NCBI GenBank assembly: GCA_963514005.1
Contig: OY740817.1
Coordinates: 10,912,001-10,976,000 of the forward strand
Origin: Raja brachyura
Lineage: Eukaryota
Length of the DNA stretch: 64,000 bases
Direction: 5' to 3'
In this document: positions 23,133 through 36,628 of the stretch, piece by piece
Layout of the letters: each line of letters begins with the position of its first letter
Numbering within the stretch: the first letter of the stretch is position 1
Translations under genes and position numbers: made by a program
The notes under the pieces: generated by a model
Database searches by the model: none
Seen by the model: the letters and a program-made list of their open reading frames with translations, nothing else
What the model was told of the DNA's origin: nothing

Positions 23133-24080
23133 ACATTATTGGTACTATTAACGCAAACACTCAAAGATTTAAAGCAGGATTTAAGCCCGCCTGCACGAAT
23201 CAGAGGTGAGAATGTTGCAGATAACGTTTTCTCCTCTATCTGCATTTTTGATATTGGCTTATCGAAAATGGAAACCGACCATTTAATTTGGTAGTACTAA
23301 ACTTTCTGTAAACTTGCCTAAAAATGAGATTTTTGTAGAATGTTTTCTGAGTGGTCAACTCCTCCCAACTCCTCACAAAAATTAAAATTCTGATCTGTTG
23401 TGTTCTAAACACAATTTTGTTTTCTACTTCCAATTCTACGTACATGCAAGCACAGTGCACTTATTGCCCAGCATATTAATGTATTTATCAACAGCACATT
23501 TGAGAGTTGCCATGAATATTTGTGAACCCCTTCCCCATCTTACTCTGGCAAAATATGACTAGTCCAGCCACAGCAGAATTCTGTTGGTGTAGATGGCTAG
23601 AACCTCCTGCGCAGAGAATGACTTTCAACTACTTCCAGTTTTCTTACAAACATTGGTACGTCTTTTTGAGCAGAAATTTGCCATAGAATGCACCATTGCA
23701 ATTCTAAGTTGACAGATTAGTTTGTTTCATACATTATTAACAGATGAAAAGTTGCCTTTGTGTGTTTTAGATTAGTACAGTGGTAGGAAAATAAAGATCT
23801 TGCAGTGCAAGGCTTGCTTTATCACTGCACAAAGCTTAGATGTTACCTGTGTCTGATAAGGGGTTTTATGTGCAAGTTTGATTATGGCACTAATTTTTAT
23901 CTAACTGTCTGTGTGAGACCTAACTGCTCTCATTTTTTGTTTCTTCTTCCCGCTCTACCCACAACTTGTTTTTCTGCTGTTTCCTTGTCTGTTTCATACC
24001 CCCACCCTCTGCCCCTTTCTTCCCCCCTCACCCCCCAATCCCACCCCCAATCGCATGCTGGTTGGCTAACTGTCCTTCAG

Positions 24081-24251
24081 CTGACTTTGCCTTTCTCCAA
24101 TCAAGATGGGTGCCTGTCTGACGAGGCACCTAACTCGCCCTTCTCCCCTCCTCCAAGCTGCAAGCTGTCTCCCTCAGGCACTGCTCTACCCACCGCCAGC
24201 CTCGGCTGCATCGGCTCTGGTCTTAACATGCAAAACCTAAACGCTAGACAC
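24081..24251 (+). CDS. TNRC6B: TNRC6B exon ([12 protein letters not shown]...QNLNARH), probable cassette exon
   Basis: Acceptor ctaactgtccttcag, donor CAC|gtaagg, 171 bp, symmetric phase 0-0. Near-identical to the human [12 protein letters not shown] segment as recalled. Confidence 0.92.
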
Positions 24252-25279
24252 GTAAGGGCTGCTTTCTGAATGTGTCTTGTGACTGGGATGTCATGATACT
24301 GTGCAATCTATGTGAGCAAATCTTAGTGTCTGTTTCTGCCTGCACTTTTCTAGATGTCGCAGAGTTCATGACCTAGTAAAGTGATCAATACATTTCGCAT
24401 CAGTACTAAATTTAAGTCTTGCCCCATTACTATCTTCCTCCTTTTAGACAAGCCTATTCATACACTTCCTATGTTTCTCCTTTTTTCATTTGCCCTTGCT
24501 CTCCACGCAACCAGTGATATTTCTGTACCACTGCAGCAATAAAAATGCACTGAAAAGAGTATCCATTGATTTCAAAATCAGCATTATTAAGAGAAAGGAG
24601 GTGATGGGGCAAAGCATATTTATTCATTAAAAGGAACACTTGATGTGCTTGATCATGTTGTGCAATGGAATGTTTTCGAGCTTTTTTTTAGGTGTACCTT
24701 ACTTTTGTACAATTGTACTTTTCCAAGCTCTACCAAGAAATTGTCAAATTCATTCATTATTTTCAGGGCTCATGTTTTTCTTGGGCCTTTCTGTTACAAA
24801 CTGTCAGGATGGTTTGGTGGTAGGTTAGGAAATTTCATAACTCATCACCAAATGTGCCCATCATACTTTTTCCAAGACTCAGCTGGGTTGCCTGAGCAGG
24901 TCAAAGAGTGGAATCTCAAGTGGTTGCGAACTGGTGATCTGTTCTGAAACCTAAATTTTCTTCCTCAATCCCTCGCTAAAGTCACTTGGACACCATGTTC
25001 TCTTATTAATATACCAGGCAGCTTCAGTAACATGCATAATTTCCATAACTACTGTAGCATAGTGGTGTAATCCCGATTCTGATCACGTGAAGATTTTATC
25101 CTGCTATCTTAAAACTGTGAAAAACTATTGTTCGCAGTCCCTGAAAATGACAAGCTGAAGGTATGGGGAATATAATGAGTTGGGGAGGGGTGGACAGGGG
25201 GAGAAGGAGTTAAGTGTAGGCGATGAGGTTAATAGTTGTGGGAACAACTTGATATAAAGGTTGAAGAGTATTGAACATT

Positions 25280-25695
25280 TCAGTTTAGTTTATTATCACG
25301 TGTACCGTGAATCACGTACAATGAAAAGCTTTAGTTGCATGCTAACCAGTAGGCAGAAAGACAAAACGTGATTACAATTGAGCCATTTACAGTGTATAGA
25401 TACATGATAAGGGAATAATGTTTAGTGCACGGGAAAGCCAGCAAAGTCCGATCAAGGGTAGTACGAGGGTCGCCAATGAGGTAGATAGTAGTTCTGCACT
25501 GCTCACTGGTTGTGGTAGGATGATTCAGTTACCTGATAACAGCTGGGAAGAAACTGTCCCTGAATCTGGAGGTGTACGTTTACACACTTCCATACATTTT
25601 TCCTGATGGGAGAGGGGAAAAGAGGGAGTGGCAGGGTGCAACTCATCTTTGATTATGCTGCTGGCCTTGCCGATGCATCGTGAGGTATAAATGAA
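25280..25695 (-). mobile_element. Rex1/Babar-like LINE 3' fragment
   Basis: Reverse-complement tail (tttagtttattatcacgtgtaccg) plus ctgggaagaaactgtccctgaatctgg. Related to 3440-3650. Confidence 0.5.
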
Positions 25696-26185
25696 TGGCG
25701 ATTTCCACGCATCAGTTTTGAATGTTGTTGAGATTTCAAGGTGGCCTCTTTAACAATAAATATTTCTGAAGAGGAAAGAGTGACATTATGTCAAACTCCA
25801 ACTGGGATTTGAACCTAATTCACTGGTGACATGTGGGAGGAACATCAGTAAACATACAAAGGAGAAATATTAAGGCCCCGAGGGAAGGTAGATAATCCAT
25901 TTAGGGAGTTGTAACAGTTACAATAGACCCCTTTTGCTGATACTTCTGTGATGTCAGTTCTCCACGGTGGAATGTTGCATTACTTTGGGGATGGCGGTGA
26001 GGTGGAATAGCTAATCTTTGCCTTGGACATGTGTTTCTGTTGTTCTGTGGGGGTATATATGATTCTAAGGTGCTCCCTATCTGGTTGCATTAGACCAAGT
26101 TATGCTGTATAAAAAAATATTGAATACAAGGAAATCTAATTGACATAACTTTTCGTATCTGTCTCTCTTTCTTGTACGCATACAG

Positions 26186-26320
26186 AATGGCAATCATGGT
26201 TTATTTGGCAGCAGCACAGCACAATCCAGAGGTGTGCACACGCCTCAGGTGCAGTCCATGAATTCATCCCAGCCAAACCTTCGGCCTCAAGTGCCTCCGC
26301 AGTTCCTGCCCCCCCCTCAG
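26186..26320 (+). CDS. TNRC6B: TNRC6B exon ([16 protein letters not shown]...[11 protein letters not shown])
   Basis: Acceptor catacag, donor CAG|gtacgt, 135 bp. Confidence 0.94.
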
Positions 26321-26982
26321 GTACGTAAAGTTGAGATGTTGCGTCTCTTAATGATCCCTGTACCTTTTTGGGGACGGGGGAGGAAATGTGATTGGGGAGA
26401 CTGCACTTTGTGTGCAATCATTCAGTTCGTGGTCTTGGATTCATGTGCAAGACCTAGGCTCCACATTGGCTGTTTGGCAGCTGAGATAAAAACAACATGC
26501 TGGAAATAATCAACAGGGTAAGCAGTATCTGTGGGAAGAGAGATGGTTAAGGTTTCAGATTAATTAAAAAAATATTGATTTGAAATATTGGCTCTGTTTC
26601 TTTCCAGTTTTTTTGAAGATTAGTGTCAATGGATGCCTGTAGTGTTTCCTTCCCGAGCACTTGTAACATTATAAATATTCTAGTCAAGGCACAAGAACAC
26701 CTAATCCCGTGTTGTCATCCCTACTGCTGTACATGATGAACCTAATGAACAGACAATATATATTATTGGGACTTTTGAGTTCAAATGGCAATTTTTTAGG
26801 TTGGATAACTTTGTCAAATTTATAGATTCATTCATTTGCACTCAATTAATTCCTTTTAAAAACAAAAGACATAAAGTGCTACGGCAACTCAGTGGGTCAG
26901 GCAGCAACCCTTGAGAATGTTTTGGGTCGGGATCCTTCTTCAGACAGTAACACAGCAAATTAATTATGTTGATTAATTGCAG

Positions 26983-27117
26983 GTTCCTGCCCCCATGTTG
27001 AAGCATACCACTCCGAATGGTGCCCTGAACCCAGCCTTGTTTAGCCTTGGTCCTCAACTAACCCCTCAACAAATAGCTATGCTCAGCCAACTCCCTCAGC
27101 TCCCACAGCTACAGTTG
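26983..27117 (+). CDS. TNRC6B: TNRC6B exon (VPAPMLK...[23 protein letters not shown])
   Basis: Acceptor ttgcag, donor TTG|gtgagt, 135 bp. Confidence 0.94.
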
Positions 27118-28568
27118 GTGAGTATCACATGTATATAATAGCAATTACATATTTTCTAATGGCTGTATCATCTCGATTAATATCTATCGATCATCGACAT
27201 AGAAAACGAATATGCAGAAGGACACTGGTGCCACACCTGTGAGAGTGGCTTTATATTTCTGTTTGTTGTTAGGTCTTAATTTGATTTTTTTTCCCCCTTT
27301 GGTAATTTCATTTTTGCTTCATTAAAACTTCAAAGCCTTACACATATTTACAGTGCTCTCCATTATGTTTGGGACAAAGATCCATAATTTATTTATTTGC
27401 CTCTGTATGCCACAATTTGAGATTTGTAAAAAAAAAAATCACATGTGGTTAAAGTGCACATTGTCAGATTTCATTAAAGGCCATTTGTATACATTTTGGT
27501 TTCACCATGTTCACCATTCAGGGCACCATAATGTTTGGAACACATGGCTTCACAGGCGTTTGTAATTGCTCAGGTGTGTTTAATTGCCTCCTTAATGCAG
27601 ATTCAATTAAAGGGTATTTTTATACATTTTGATTTCACCATGTAGAAATTACAGCAGTGTTTATACATAGTCCCCCCCATTTCAGGACACAATAATGTTT
27701 GGGACACAGCAATGTCATGTAAATGAAAGTAGGCATGGGTAGTATTTTGTTGCATATCCTTTACATGTAATGACTGCTTGAAGTCTGCAATTCATGGACA
27801 TCACCATTTAGTTGCTGGGTGTCTTCTCTGGTGATGCTCTGCCAGGCCTGTATTGCAGCCATCTTTAGCTTATGCTTGTTTTGGGGGCTAGTCCCCTTCA
27901 GTTTTCTCTTCAGCATATAAAAGGCATGATCAATTGAGTTCAGATCGGATGATTGATTTGGCCACTCAAGAATTGACCAGTTTTTAGCTTTGTTGCTTTA
28001 GCAGTATGTTTGTCATCATTGTCTTGCTGCAGAATGAACCACTGGCCAATTACTTTTGAGGCATTTGTTTGAACATGAGCAGATAGGATGTGTCTATACA
28101 CTTCCAGAATTCATTATGCTACTACCATCAGCAGTTGTATCATCAATGAGGATAAGTGTATGGCTGCTGCAGAACCAGCACCTGCAGCAGCCATACATGC
28201 CCAGGCCATTACACCCCCACCACCATGTTTCACAGATGAGGTGGTATGCTTTGGATCTTGGGCAGTTCCTTCTCTCCTCCATACTTTGCTCTTGCCATCA
28301 CTCTGATATAAGTTATTCTTCGTCTCAATTGTCTACTAAACCTTTTTCCAGAACTGTGGTTGCTCTTTTAAGTACTTGGCAAACTGTAACCAGGCCATCC
28401 TTTTTTTGTGGCTAACTGGTGGTTTGCATCTTGCAGCATAGCCTCTCTTTCTGTTCATGAAGTCTTCTGTCAGACTGGTGTTTGGGGATTTTTCTTCATA
28501 AATGGAGAGAATTCTTCTGTCATCAGCTGTGGAGGTCTTCCTTGGCCTGCCAGTCCCTTTGTGATTAG

Positions 28569-30554
28569 TAGAGCCAGGATGTTTAGGCACTCAAAAAATC
28601 AGAAATAGGCAGGCAAAAAGGCAAAATAAAATTACAAAAAAGGCACGGAAAAGGCATTTATTAACAAAAAAAAGGCATTAAAAAGGCATTTATTTTCACC
28701 ACCAAAATATGGTTAAAAATGATAATATAAAGATATACTGCATTAGATGACCAAAGTTGCCTGGTAGCACATAATTACTAGCATTTCTTTCAAATTATCA
28801 GGTGTTAAACTATGCCGTCTGTCAGACAGAATATGCTTCAGTTGTGAAAAACTTATTTTTACCTCAGCTGAGGTCACTGGTGCATACCCGAAACAAGCTG
28901 TAGCTTGTGAGACTCGATATTCATGTCTACATCTTGTGCATTACAACTACCTTTGAGAACTTTTGCTATGTTTTCTATTTCTTCAAGATCATGTTAGCTA
29001 AAATCACTCTCTCACATTTTCCTTGTATGTCTTTACCTACATCACCAGGAACTTTACTAATATCGTCAATTACTTTGTTGAAAACCCTCAAGTTATTCAC
29101 TAATGTTTCGCCACATTTCTCAAGGGAAGTGATAGCTTGTGGGAAGTTTGCAAAATTGGAAGCGATATACACAAGATCTCGGTGGAGGGACTTTTTCTGC
29201 ATGATTTCACTGACGATCCTGACTGCAGCAGATTCTTCTTCTTCAAAACAGTTGACGATTTATTTTACCTTTTCCAAATTTGCAGCATACAGCAGAGTAT
29301 GAGGAGGTAGCGGAATCTCGGGTGCCATTTCCTTAAACAAATGCACATGTGAAGGTGCTTTGAGGAAGATTTTCTTGACATTGGAAACTAGGCGATCGAC
29401 ATTTGGAAACAAGTTACGTACGTGCTTGGCAATTCTATGAAGTCCTTGAACTAAGCATGTCAAATGCAACGTTTTGGGGAATAAAACTTTAAGTCACAAA
29501 CAGAAGAACATTCTGGTGTTTTATACGTTCTGGACAAAGTACAGCAAGAGAAGATGTACACAACTGAGCAATAGACGAGCTGTTTGACTTCCCCAATACT
29601 TCCAATGTTAACAAATACTCCTTTGATGGTTGAGCTGCCTCCAGTGTACCGATGACCACATTGGCAACATAACTCCCCACCGCATCGGTTGTCTCATCTT
29701 ATCGAGATCCATATTTTGTTGCATGCAACTTCATCTCTACTTTTCTGCACAACAATGTTGAGGTTGCTGTCAACATAATTTTTCTGTAATGATGACTCAC
29801 GTGGTCTATGTTTCTCTGTGTATTTCTCTAAAGATCCTCTGAGAGGTTTGTTTTCCAATTTCCACAGTGGAATTCCAGCATCAATGAATGCCTTGCACAG
29901 ATCACTCAAACTCAGATTTGCGGCTGGAGCCAGCAGTAAATGTAGTGAGGAGACAAGCTTGGGTATTTCATAGTCAATACCCCAGCGGTATTAACATTGA
30001 CTTCTCTGATTTTAGATAGCCCTTGTCTTCTCCCACTTCCCAGCTCTCCATCTAGTGCTACTGTCTCTGCCTCTTCCTTTCTTTTCCCCACCCCCCACCC
30101 CTCAATCTGAAGAAGGGTCTCGACCCAGAACGTCGCCTATTCCTTCTCTCCATAGATGCTGCCTCATCCACTGAGTTTCTCAAGCATTTTTTAGTCTACC
30201 TTCGATTTTTCCAGCATCTGCAGTTCTTTCTGAAATACATCTTGGAGAAGACTGAATCGGTGGGCAGCGGCACGAACGAATGAATGACCGACGGTGGCGC
30301 CCCTGGTTTTGCCCTGGTGGTGGAAGTTTTCTTGTAAGTTGTACTATGTTAACACGTTAATAATAACATTAATATTAACGTGTTAACATAGAAAACATCA
30401 TTGTAATCACGGTATAACTAGAGAAAATAGCACGACGTTTTAGCAAAACGGCATAAAAAGGCTGATTTAGGGAGTCGATCGTGAAAAAGGCATTATCCTG
30501 ATCCAATCATCAAAAAAGGCATGAAAAGGCATTCATGGCAAAATCTTGTCTCTG
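28569..30554 (-). mobile_element. hAT transposon relic (CGGBP1-like / hAT19-type transposase) nested in Tc1
   Basis: 8-bp TSD GTGATTAG (28561-28568 and 30555-30562). TIRs TAGAGCCAGGAT and ATCTTGTCTCTG. Minus-strand fragments FIDAGIPLWKLEN, IWISI/DETTD, LLFVT, HLTCLVQGLHRIA and the dimerisation motif YAPVTSAEVKISFSQLKHILSDRRHSL. Confidence 0.85.
29963..30238 (+). mobile_element. Penelope-like 3' fragment nested in the hAT
   Basis: Encodes PSGINIDFSDFR* (GIY-YIG ORF C-terminus, compare 63040-63215), then CTGAAGA-agggtctcgaccc-agaa-cgtc and the family body. Confidence 0.7.
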
Positions 30555-31249
30555 GTGATTAGTAAGATCACCAGTGCTCTCTTTCTTCCTAATGGTGTTC
30601 CAAACAGTTGATTTTGGTAAGCCTAATGTTTGGCTGATGTCTCTAACAGTTTTATTCTTGTTTCTCAGTCTCATAATGGCTTCTTTGACTTTCATTGGCA
30701 CAACTTTGGTCCTCATGTTGATAACCAGCAATAAACATTTCCAAATGTGATGGAAAGACTGGGGGAAAGACTGGGTGTTGAGAGCTCTCTTTTATCTGCA
30801 TTAAGGAGGCAATTAAACACACCTGAGCAATTACAAACGCCTGTGAAGCCATGTTCCAAACATTATGGTGCCCTGAATGGTGAACATGGTGAAACCAAAA
30901 TGTATACAAATGGCCTTTAATGAAATCTGACAATGTGCACTTTAACCACATGTGATTTTTTTTCTATTACAAATCTCAAATTCTGGAGTACAGAGGCAAA
31001 TAACTATTGATGGGTCTTTGTCCCAAATATTATATAGTGCACTGTATTGGGTGGCATGTTACAAGGCTAGCACGGTGCGCTGTGAGTGTACAGTCTTTCG
31101 GGAGGAATGGCAATTATAATGAACAATTAAATTCCTGTCCCTTTGCTCTGCTGCTCTTTTGTATAATCAAGTAATCAGGAGCAAGAATCTGGTCTCCCCT
31201 TTCAATGTGATTTCCTGTCTCTCGTTCACTCTGAACTCTCTTCACACAG

Positions 31250-31345
31250 GCTTACCAGCTGTTGCTTCAACAACAACAACAGCAGCAAGTTCTGCAAAAC
31301 CAACGGAAGCTGTCTGCCGCAGTCCGACAACAACAAGAACAGCAA
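31250..31345 (+). CDS. TNRC6B: TNRC6B Q-rich exon ([32 protein letters not shown])
   Basis: Acceptor ttcacacag, donor CAA|gtatgt, 96 bp. Confidence 0.94.
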
Positions 31346-31544
31346 GTATGTGATTATAAAGATAGTGAATCTCTAGCATTCTGAACATTCTTTGTCAGTG
31401 TGGTGAATGGTTTTCATTTTGGGTGCTTTGCAGGATAGATGTGGAGATAAAATTTCTCCTGAGTGGAGTGTCTAGAACCAGAGGTCATGGTCTCAGTATA
31501 AGGGGTCAGCCATTCAGGGTAGAAATAGGTAGTTTCTCCACTCT

Positions 31545-31800
31545 GCGCCACAGCACTGGTAGAGTGCCATTGAGCTCCAGAGATCCTGGGTCGATCCAAA
31601 CTAAGTGTCTGTAAGGAGTTTGCATGTTCTCCTGTGACTGTGTGGGTTTTCTCTACAAATCCAAAAGACGTGCAGGTTTGTTGGTTAATTGGCTTCTGTA
31701 AATTGTCCCTTGTGTGTGTGATAGAACTGATGTATCGTGGGTCGGCGTGGACTCAGTGGGCCGAAGGGGCCTGTTTCCACATTGTATCTCTTAAACATAA
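31545..31800 (+). mobile_element. V-domain tRNA SINE
   Basis: gggtcgatcc, ggagtttgcatgttctcc, and tail ggccgaaggggcctgtttcc. Confidence 0.7.
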
Positions 31801-33254
31801 AAATGAAACTGAACATCCAGATTGTTGGTATTCTTCATCCAAGAAGCTTGTGGAAACTTAATTGCCGAGTATATTCAAGACAGATGTAAACATTTCAGAT
31901 ATTAGGGAAATAAAAGGCTCTGAGGTTGTTCAGGAAAGTTGTGCTGAGGTAAAAGATAAACCAGGCTATTGAATGGCAGAGCAGATGTGTGGAGAGAATG
32001 TCCTACTCCAGCTTTGCTTTCACCTTCTCAAATTTGAGATTCCTACTTTGCTGCTACATGCCGGCATTCTTTGCTGGTGCTTGTGCCAGGAGTGCTGAAC
32101 ATTAAAAATAGAAACATCACTCATTGTGGTGAAACTCTGTGGTGCCACATAGAGTTTTAAATATCAAGTCACAGTTTGCAATTGGGGCGGTTGAAAATGT
32201 TTGCGCTTTGTATGCCTTCTTGGGACCAGCGTGTGCTGTCGGCAAATGCCCCTCGGTTCCATTTAATGCCATTTACCAAGCCATATATCAACTAAATATT
32301 AAGGGAAATTGGCTGGATTGGTTGTCAGTTCTTAAGTTAAAATTACACTATTTCAGGCTTCTATTAAATAATGTCCTCCCCACTCTAGCGTGGTATCAAA
32401 TGGCTGCATTGTCATTTAATCTGGAAAGTGATTTGATACGGCAATGACTAAATAGCAAAATTAATTGTTTGATTCAGCACGGTGAAAGACAAATGTTGCG
32501 CCTGCTGCATCGTTTGTACGTGAATCATTGCATTGTTGTTGTGACTCGGGTAAACGTTCATGTCAGCTAGCATCAATGCAAAACTTTGTAGACGTTGAAA
32601 ACATGCAAACTGGTTTCCCATTGTTCGGCAGGTGATCACAGCATTTAGCAGTGCACAGTCATGTGGCGAACCTTTAACACTTCAAATTCTTTTAGTTATG
32701 TACTCTGAAGCAAATGAGAAACAAATGTGCTGCATTTCGATGGCAAGACTCCCGTGAGACCATAGAAAGAAAGTTGGAAGGTGATGGGTGGCAGGATGTG
32801 TTCAGCTTTGAGCAGAGGATTTAAATTCATATGCCCTTTAACTGCAAGGTGGTGGAATTACCCAGCATGTTCATCAGTTGAACCTGTTCACATTGTAAAC
32901 AAATTGGCAGGGTCAAAGATTCTGCTCCTTCCTGATTAATCCCAAGAGGTTTAAAATTCCTATATTTTACCGTACATATTGCTGCTAGGTTTTCCATGCT
33001 CATTTTGAATTGTTAATGGTGAAACCACGTGTTCTGTTCTGGTAATGCGCATTCTATGAAAGGATTATATTTCCCTTCTATAAACCATGGGGCAGTAAGG
33101 GCAGTTATGACATATCCTGCCCATTGACATTTTCATGTATTGTCTGATTTTCCAAAATGTGGTTCTCTAAGGGTAATAGATTTACTTGTATATTGGTGGG
33201 AGTGAATGTGTGAAGATGTGAGAAGTTTTAACTTGTGCTTGTGCTTTTCCATAG

Positions 33255-33456
33255 CTTGCCCGCATTGTTAATGCCCTGCAGCAGCAACAACAGCAACAGC
33301 AGCAGCATCGACACAACAACACCCCTGGGATGAAGCATTCTCCGTCACATCCCGGCATGCCCAAGCAACACCTGGATAATGTTGTGCCTAGTTCTCTTCC
33401 CACTGGCCTTCCAGACTTCCAGACCAAAGGACAGATTCAGCCAGGCTACCCAATGG
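33255..33456 (+). CDS. TNRC6B: TNRC6B Q-rich exon ([17 protein letters not shown]...GMKHSPSHP...QTKGQ)
   Basis: Acceptor cttttccatag, donor TGG|gtgagt, phase 0-1. Confidence 0.94.
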
Positions 33457-33572
33457 GTGAGTTCCCTCGTCAGGTAGTTTTGTAATCCTGCTGCCTTATT
33501 AAACGGTTTTAAACATTTACTAAGCTTATGGACTTGAGCTTCTCGGCACTTAAAGCATAATTCGCATTTCAG

Positions 33573-33728
33573 GCATGGGCTCAAACATGAACGTAAACCA
33601 GTTAGATGTCAACAGTATTGTTGGAATGAAAGAACCTCAATCGCAGCAATCACGGCTCAAGCAGTGGACAACCATGGATGGTCTCTCTCCTGCCACTCCA
33701 CCACCAGATCACAACCCCCTGAAAAATG
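33573..33728 (+). CDS. TNRC6B: TNRC6B exon (MGSNMNVN...QSRLKQWTTMD, CIM-1 region)
   Basis: Acceptor catttcag after a 116-bp intron, donor ATG|gtaact, phase 1-1. Confidence 0.93.
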
Positions 33729-34334
33729 GTAACTATGCAGCCATTACATGGTGCTCGGAATGTATTGCACATATTCCATCATGTACTTTTGTTTTCATTC
33801 AACATTGTTTGCAACGTCTCCAACTGGGTACTTACTGATTTCATTCTCCATGCTTTTTCTCCTGAAACCAAAATCCTTTATAAGTCTCTATCTGAAATCA
33901 CCTAATCGTGGCCTCTCCTTTTCAACCATAGACATTGTGTACTCCTTTACATTAATCCCACCTGCTGATTGCAGACAATTGGAGCATGTTTAAACAAAAA
34001 TCGCAATGAAATGCCCACATGTCACATGTGTATGAGCCCAAATTAAATTGCAGATAAGTTTGAAATCACCAGATTTGAACTAGTGTTCTCTACCTGCAGA
34101 ACGGTATAATGTTGAATGTGAAGGTTACAGTGATTGCGAGAGCCTGCGGTATTAAACCGTAACACTAATTCAAAGAACATGAATTCAAATTGGTGTTTAA
34201 TTGGAGAGTCAAAATGGATTGGCAGGATCTCAGGATACAAAGATAAAAAGAAACACCATGTACTTATGTCACTGCTTCTAGAATAATGAGGAAATGTTCT
34301 TGATGACATACACAATGTAAAGAAGCATCTAGCA

Positions 34335-35070
34335 GTAAGAATCGTAGTCATACAGCTCAGAAGCAGGCCCTTCTGCCCAACTTGCCAAACTAACTAAACT
34401 AGTCCCACTTGCTTGTGCTTGGCCTGTATCTTTCTTATCCATCTACCTGTCCAAGTATCTTGTAAATGTTTTAATATTATCTGTCTCTGGCACCTTGGTC
34501 CACATATGCATTACTCCCTGCGTGGAGAAAATGCTCCCCTTTTAAAACTTTTCCCTCTCATCTTAAACTTATATTTTATCTTTGTAACTGAAACTATCGA
34601 ATCTTTGTAACAGCCTCTGAAATCCTCCTTCCTGATTTAATACATTGGGTTGACCCCAATATAGTTCTGAACACGGTACTCCAAATGTGGGCGTACATAC
34701 ATTTTGCACAGCTGTAACATGACGTTTCAAGTCCTGCACAGTACCCTGGTCGATGAGGGCAAGCGTGCCGAACGCCACCTTCAGCACCTGTGCTGCCACT
34801 TTCAAACCCTGGGTTTCTCCATTCTCCAACACTTCCTTCGGCCATGCTATTCACTGTGCAAGTCCTACCTTGGTTTGTATTACCAAAATGCAACACCTCG
34901 CATTTATCTGAATTATAATCCATTCCTTAGCACATTGAAACACGATTCAATTGTAATCTTGGATAACTGTTAACTATTCCACCAAGTTTAAAGTCATCAA
35001 CAAACTTACCATTCCGCTTGCATGTTCATCCTAAATGTTAATGTAGATAACAAACACCAGTGGACATTGA
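34335..35070 (-). mobile_element. Decayed CR1 LINE
   Basis: Minus-strand MDYNSDKCEVLHFG (CR1 ORF2 motif) and the family 3' tail. Confidence 0.8.
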
Positions 35071-35421
35071 GGCTTCAAGTTATATGAAGTGATTTCAGCA
35101 CATTCGGTTGATAAGTTCTTCAGCTGATGTTTCTTGCACATTAAAAGAGAGAGTACCTTAGAGCTAAAGCTAGTTACAAGCCTGAATTATACTATTCCCA
35201 AGTACTGCTTCATCATCAATCAGTAGTGTGGCCTCCACTTTGTATATTTAATTATTCCGTGCTTTATTATTGCAAGGATATGTTCAGTTGTTAATTTGTG
35301 TAAGCATTCCCCTGACTGGTTTGAGTATAAGGTATTGGATATTAATTTGTTGGGAGTTTTGTAGCTGATCACCCAGAAGAACTGTGTGTTATTAGTCTTG
35401 TAATTTTATGTTGTTATACAG

Positions 35422-35586
35422 GTGCTATTTCGAGCAGCATGGCACCACCGGTGAAGCCTCGAGATAGTTTGCCCTATTATGAAATGATAGCAGGTGATTC
35501 CTTGGCCAGCCATTCTGGCCCTACGAGTGATAACTGGTCCACCCCTAAGCTCTCAAATGGTTCCAGCGGCTCCAGTTGGCCTCCAG
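35422..35586 (+). CDS. TNRC6B: TNRC6B exon (GAISSS...NGSSGSSWPP), first half of PAM2
   Basis: Acceptor ttgttatacag, donor CAG|gtcaga, 165 bp, phase 1-1. Confidence 0.93.
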
Positions 35587-36628
35587 GTCAGAAATAACAT
35601 CAAAATGTTTTAAAATAATACGACCGAGTAAAATGTGGTCACTCTGGTAAAATAGCTTCAGTTTGAACCAGTGGGATTAGCTAATCGATAAAGCAGGAAT
35701 TCAAGCCCTTGATACAGATCTGTGACTCTTCGCAAAGGTTGAACCCTAATCTGAAGAGTGAGTAGTGGTGGACCATGACCTGGGTTCAGTCCTTCCCAAG
35801 TGAATCCAAATCTGCAAAATATTATATTTATGTCTAAGTTACACTGAACTAATTGTGAACACCTAATGAGTGTTGGTGTGCATGGGGAAATACCAGGAAT
35901 ACCCATGGGAACTTCAGGGTAATGCATCTTCACTGGAAAACTGAATCATACTTTACCATGGGGTCACAGTGCAGCCCATTTTCCGATAATCAAATTACTC
36001 TATTAGTTCTACTGTAATATTAATTGATTCTGGAACCAAAGATCTGATTTCTGAAATCAAATACACAAGTATTGCAATTTTCAAGAATGTTCTTTACATG
36101 CAGTTAAAGTCCTCTGCTTGGAAGTATAGTAACTGTTTATGCTGATTCCAGGAATGTGGCTATCGTGGGCAGCTTTTATTATCTCTCATAAAGTGATTTG
36201 CAAGATTAGCTTCAGAGGGCATACTCATTGCATTGATTGAGTACAAACCAGATTAGGTGTATATGTTTCCTTCCCTGAAGGCTATTATGGAACCACGTGG
36301 ATTTTTGTGACATTGCATTAGTTTCACGGTCCAGATTAATTTAAACAACTGAATTTATATCTCACAAAACAATCCTGCGGTGAAATTTGAACTTGTGTCT
36401 CCAGCTTCTTGGTAGAGGTTTCGGATTACTAATCCAGCATTATAGCAACAGCCATTTACCTTCTGTAAATTCCACAAATTGTAATGAAATTAATGACTAC
36501 ATTAGTCCATGTGTGGTTGTGTAAAGTGCAAACAAATTATTTGGATAACATTTGAAGTGCTCTGTGTTCTGCAATGAGATCTTTAACTTGAAGCTAGATC
36601 ACCAGAAAAGTAGGCACCTTGGCCAATG

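Larger units (their letters stand above)
27351..31044 (-). mobile_element. Tc1/mariner transposon relic with ~250-bp IR/DR-type TIRs, interrupted by a hAT element
   Basis: TA|CAGTGCTCTCC...GTGCACTG|TA. 27351-27600 is an inverted repeat of 30796-31044. Transposase remnants at 30510-30731 and 28056-28590. Confidence 0.92.

Noticed and set aside
28907-29302. 131-aa + strand ORF
   Set aside because: Antisense shadow of the decayed hAT transposase.
33471-33480. Alternative donor CAG|GTAGTT in the 116-bp intron
   Set aside because: It would shift the frame, and the upstream G|GTGAGT donor is stronger and keeps the frame.
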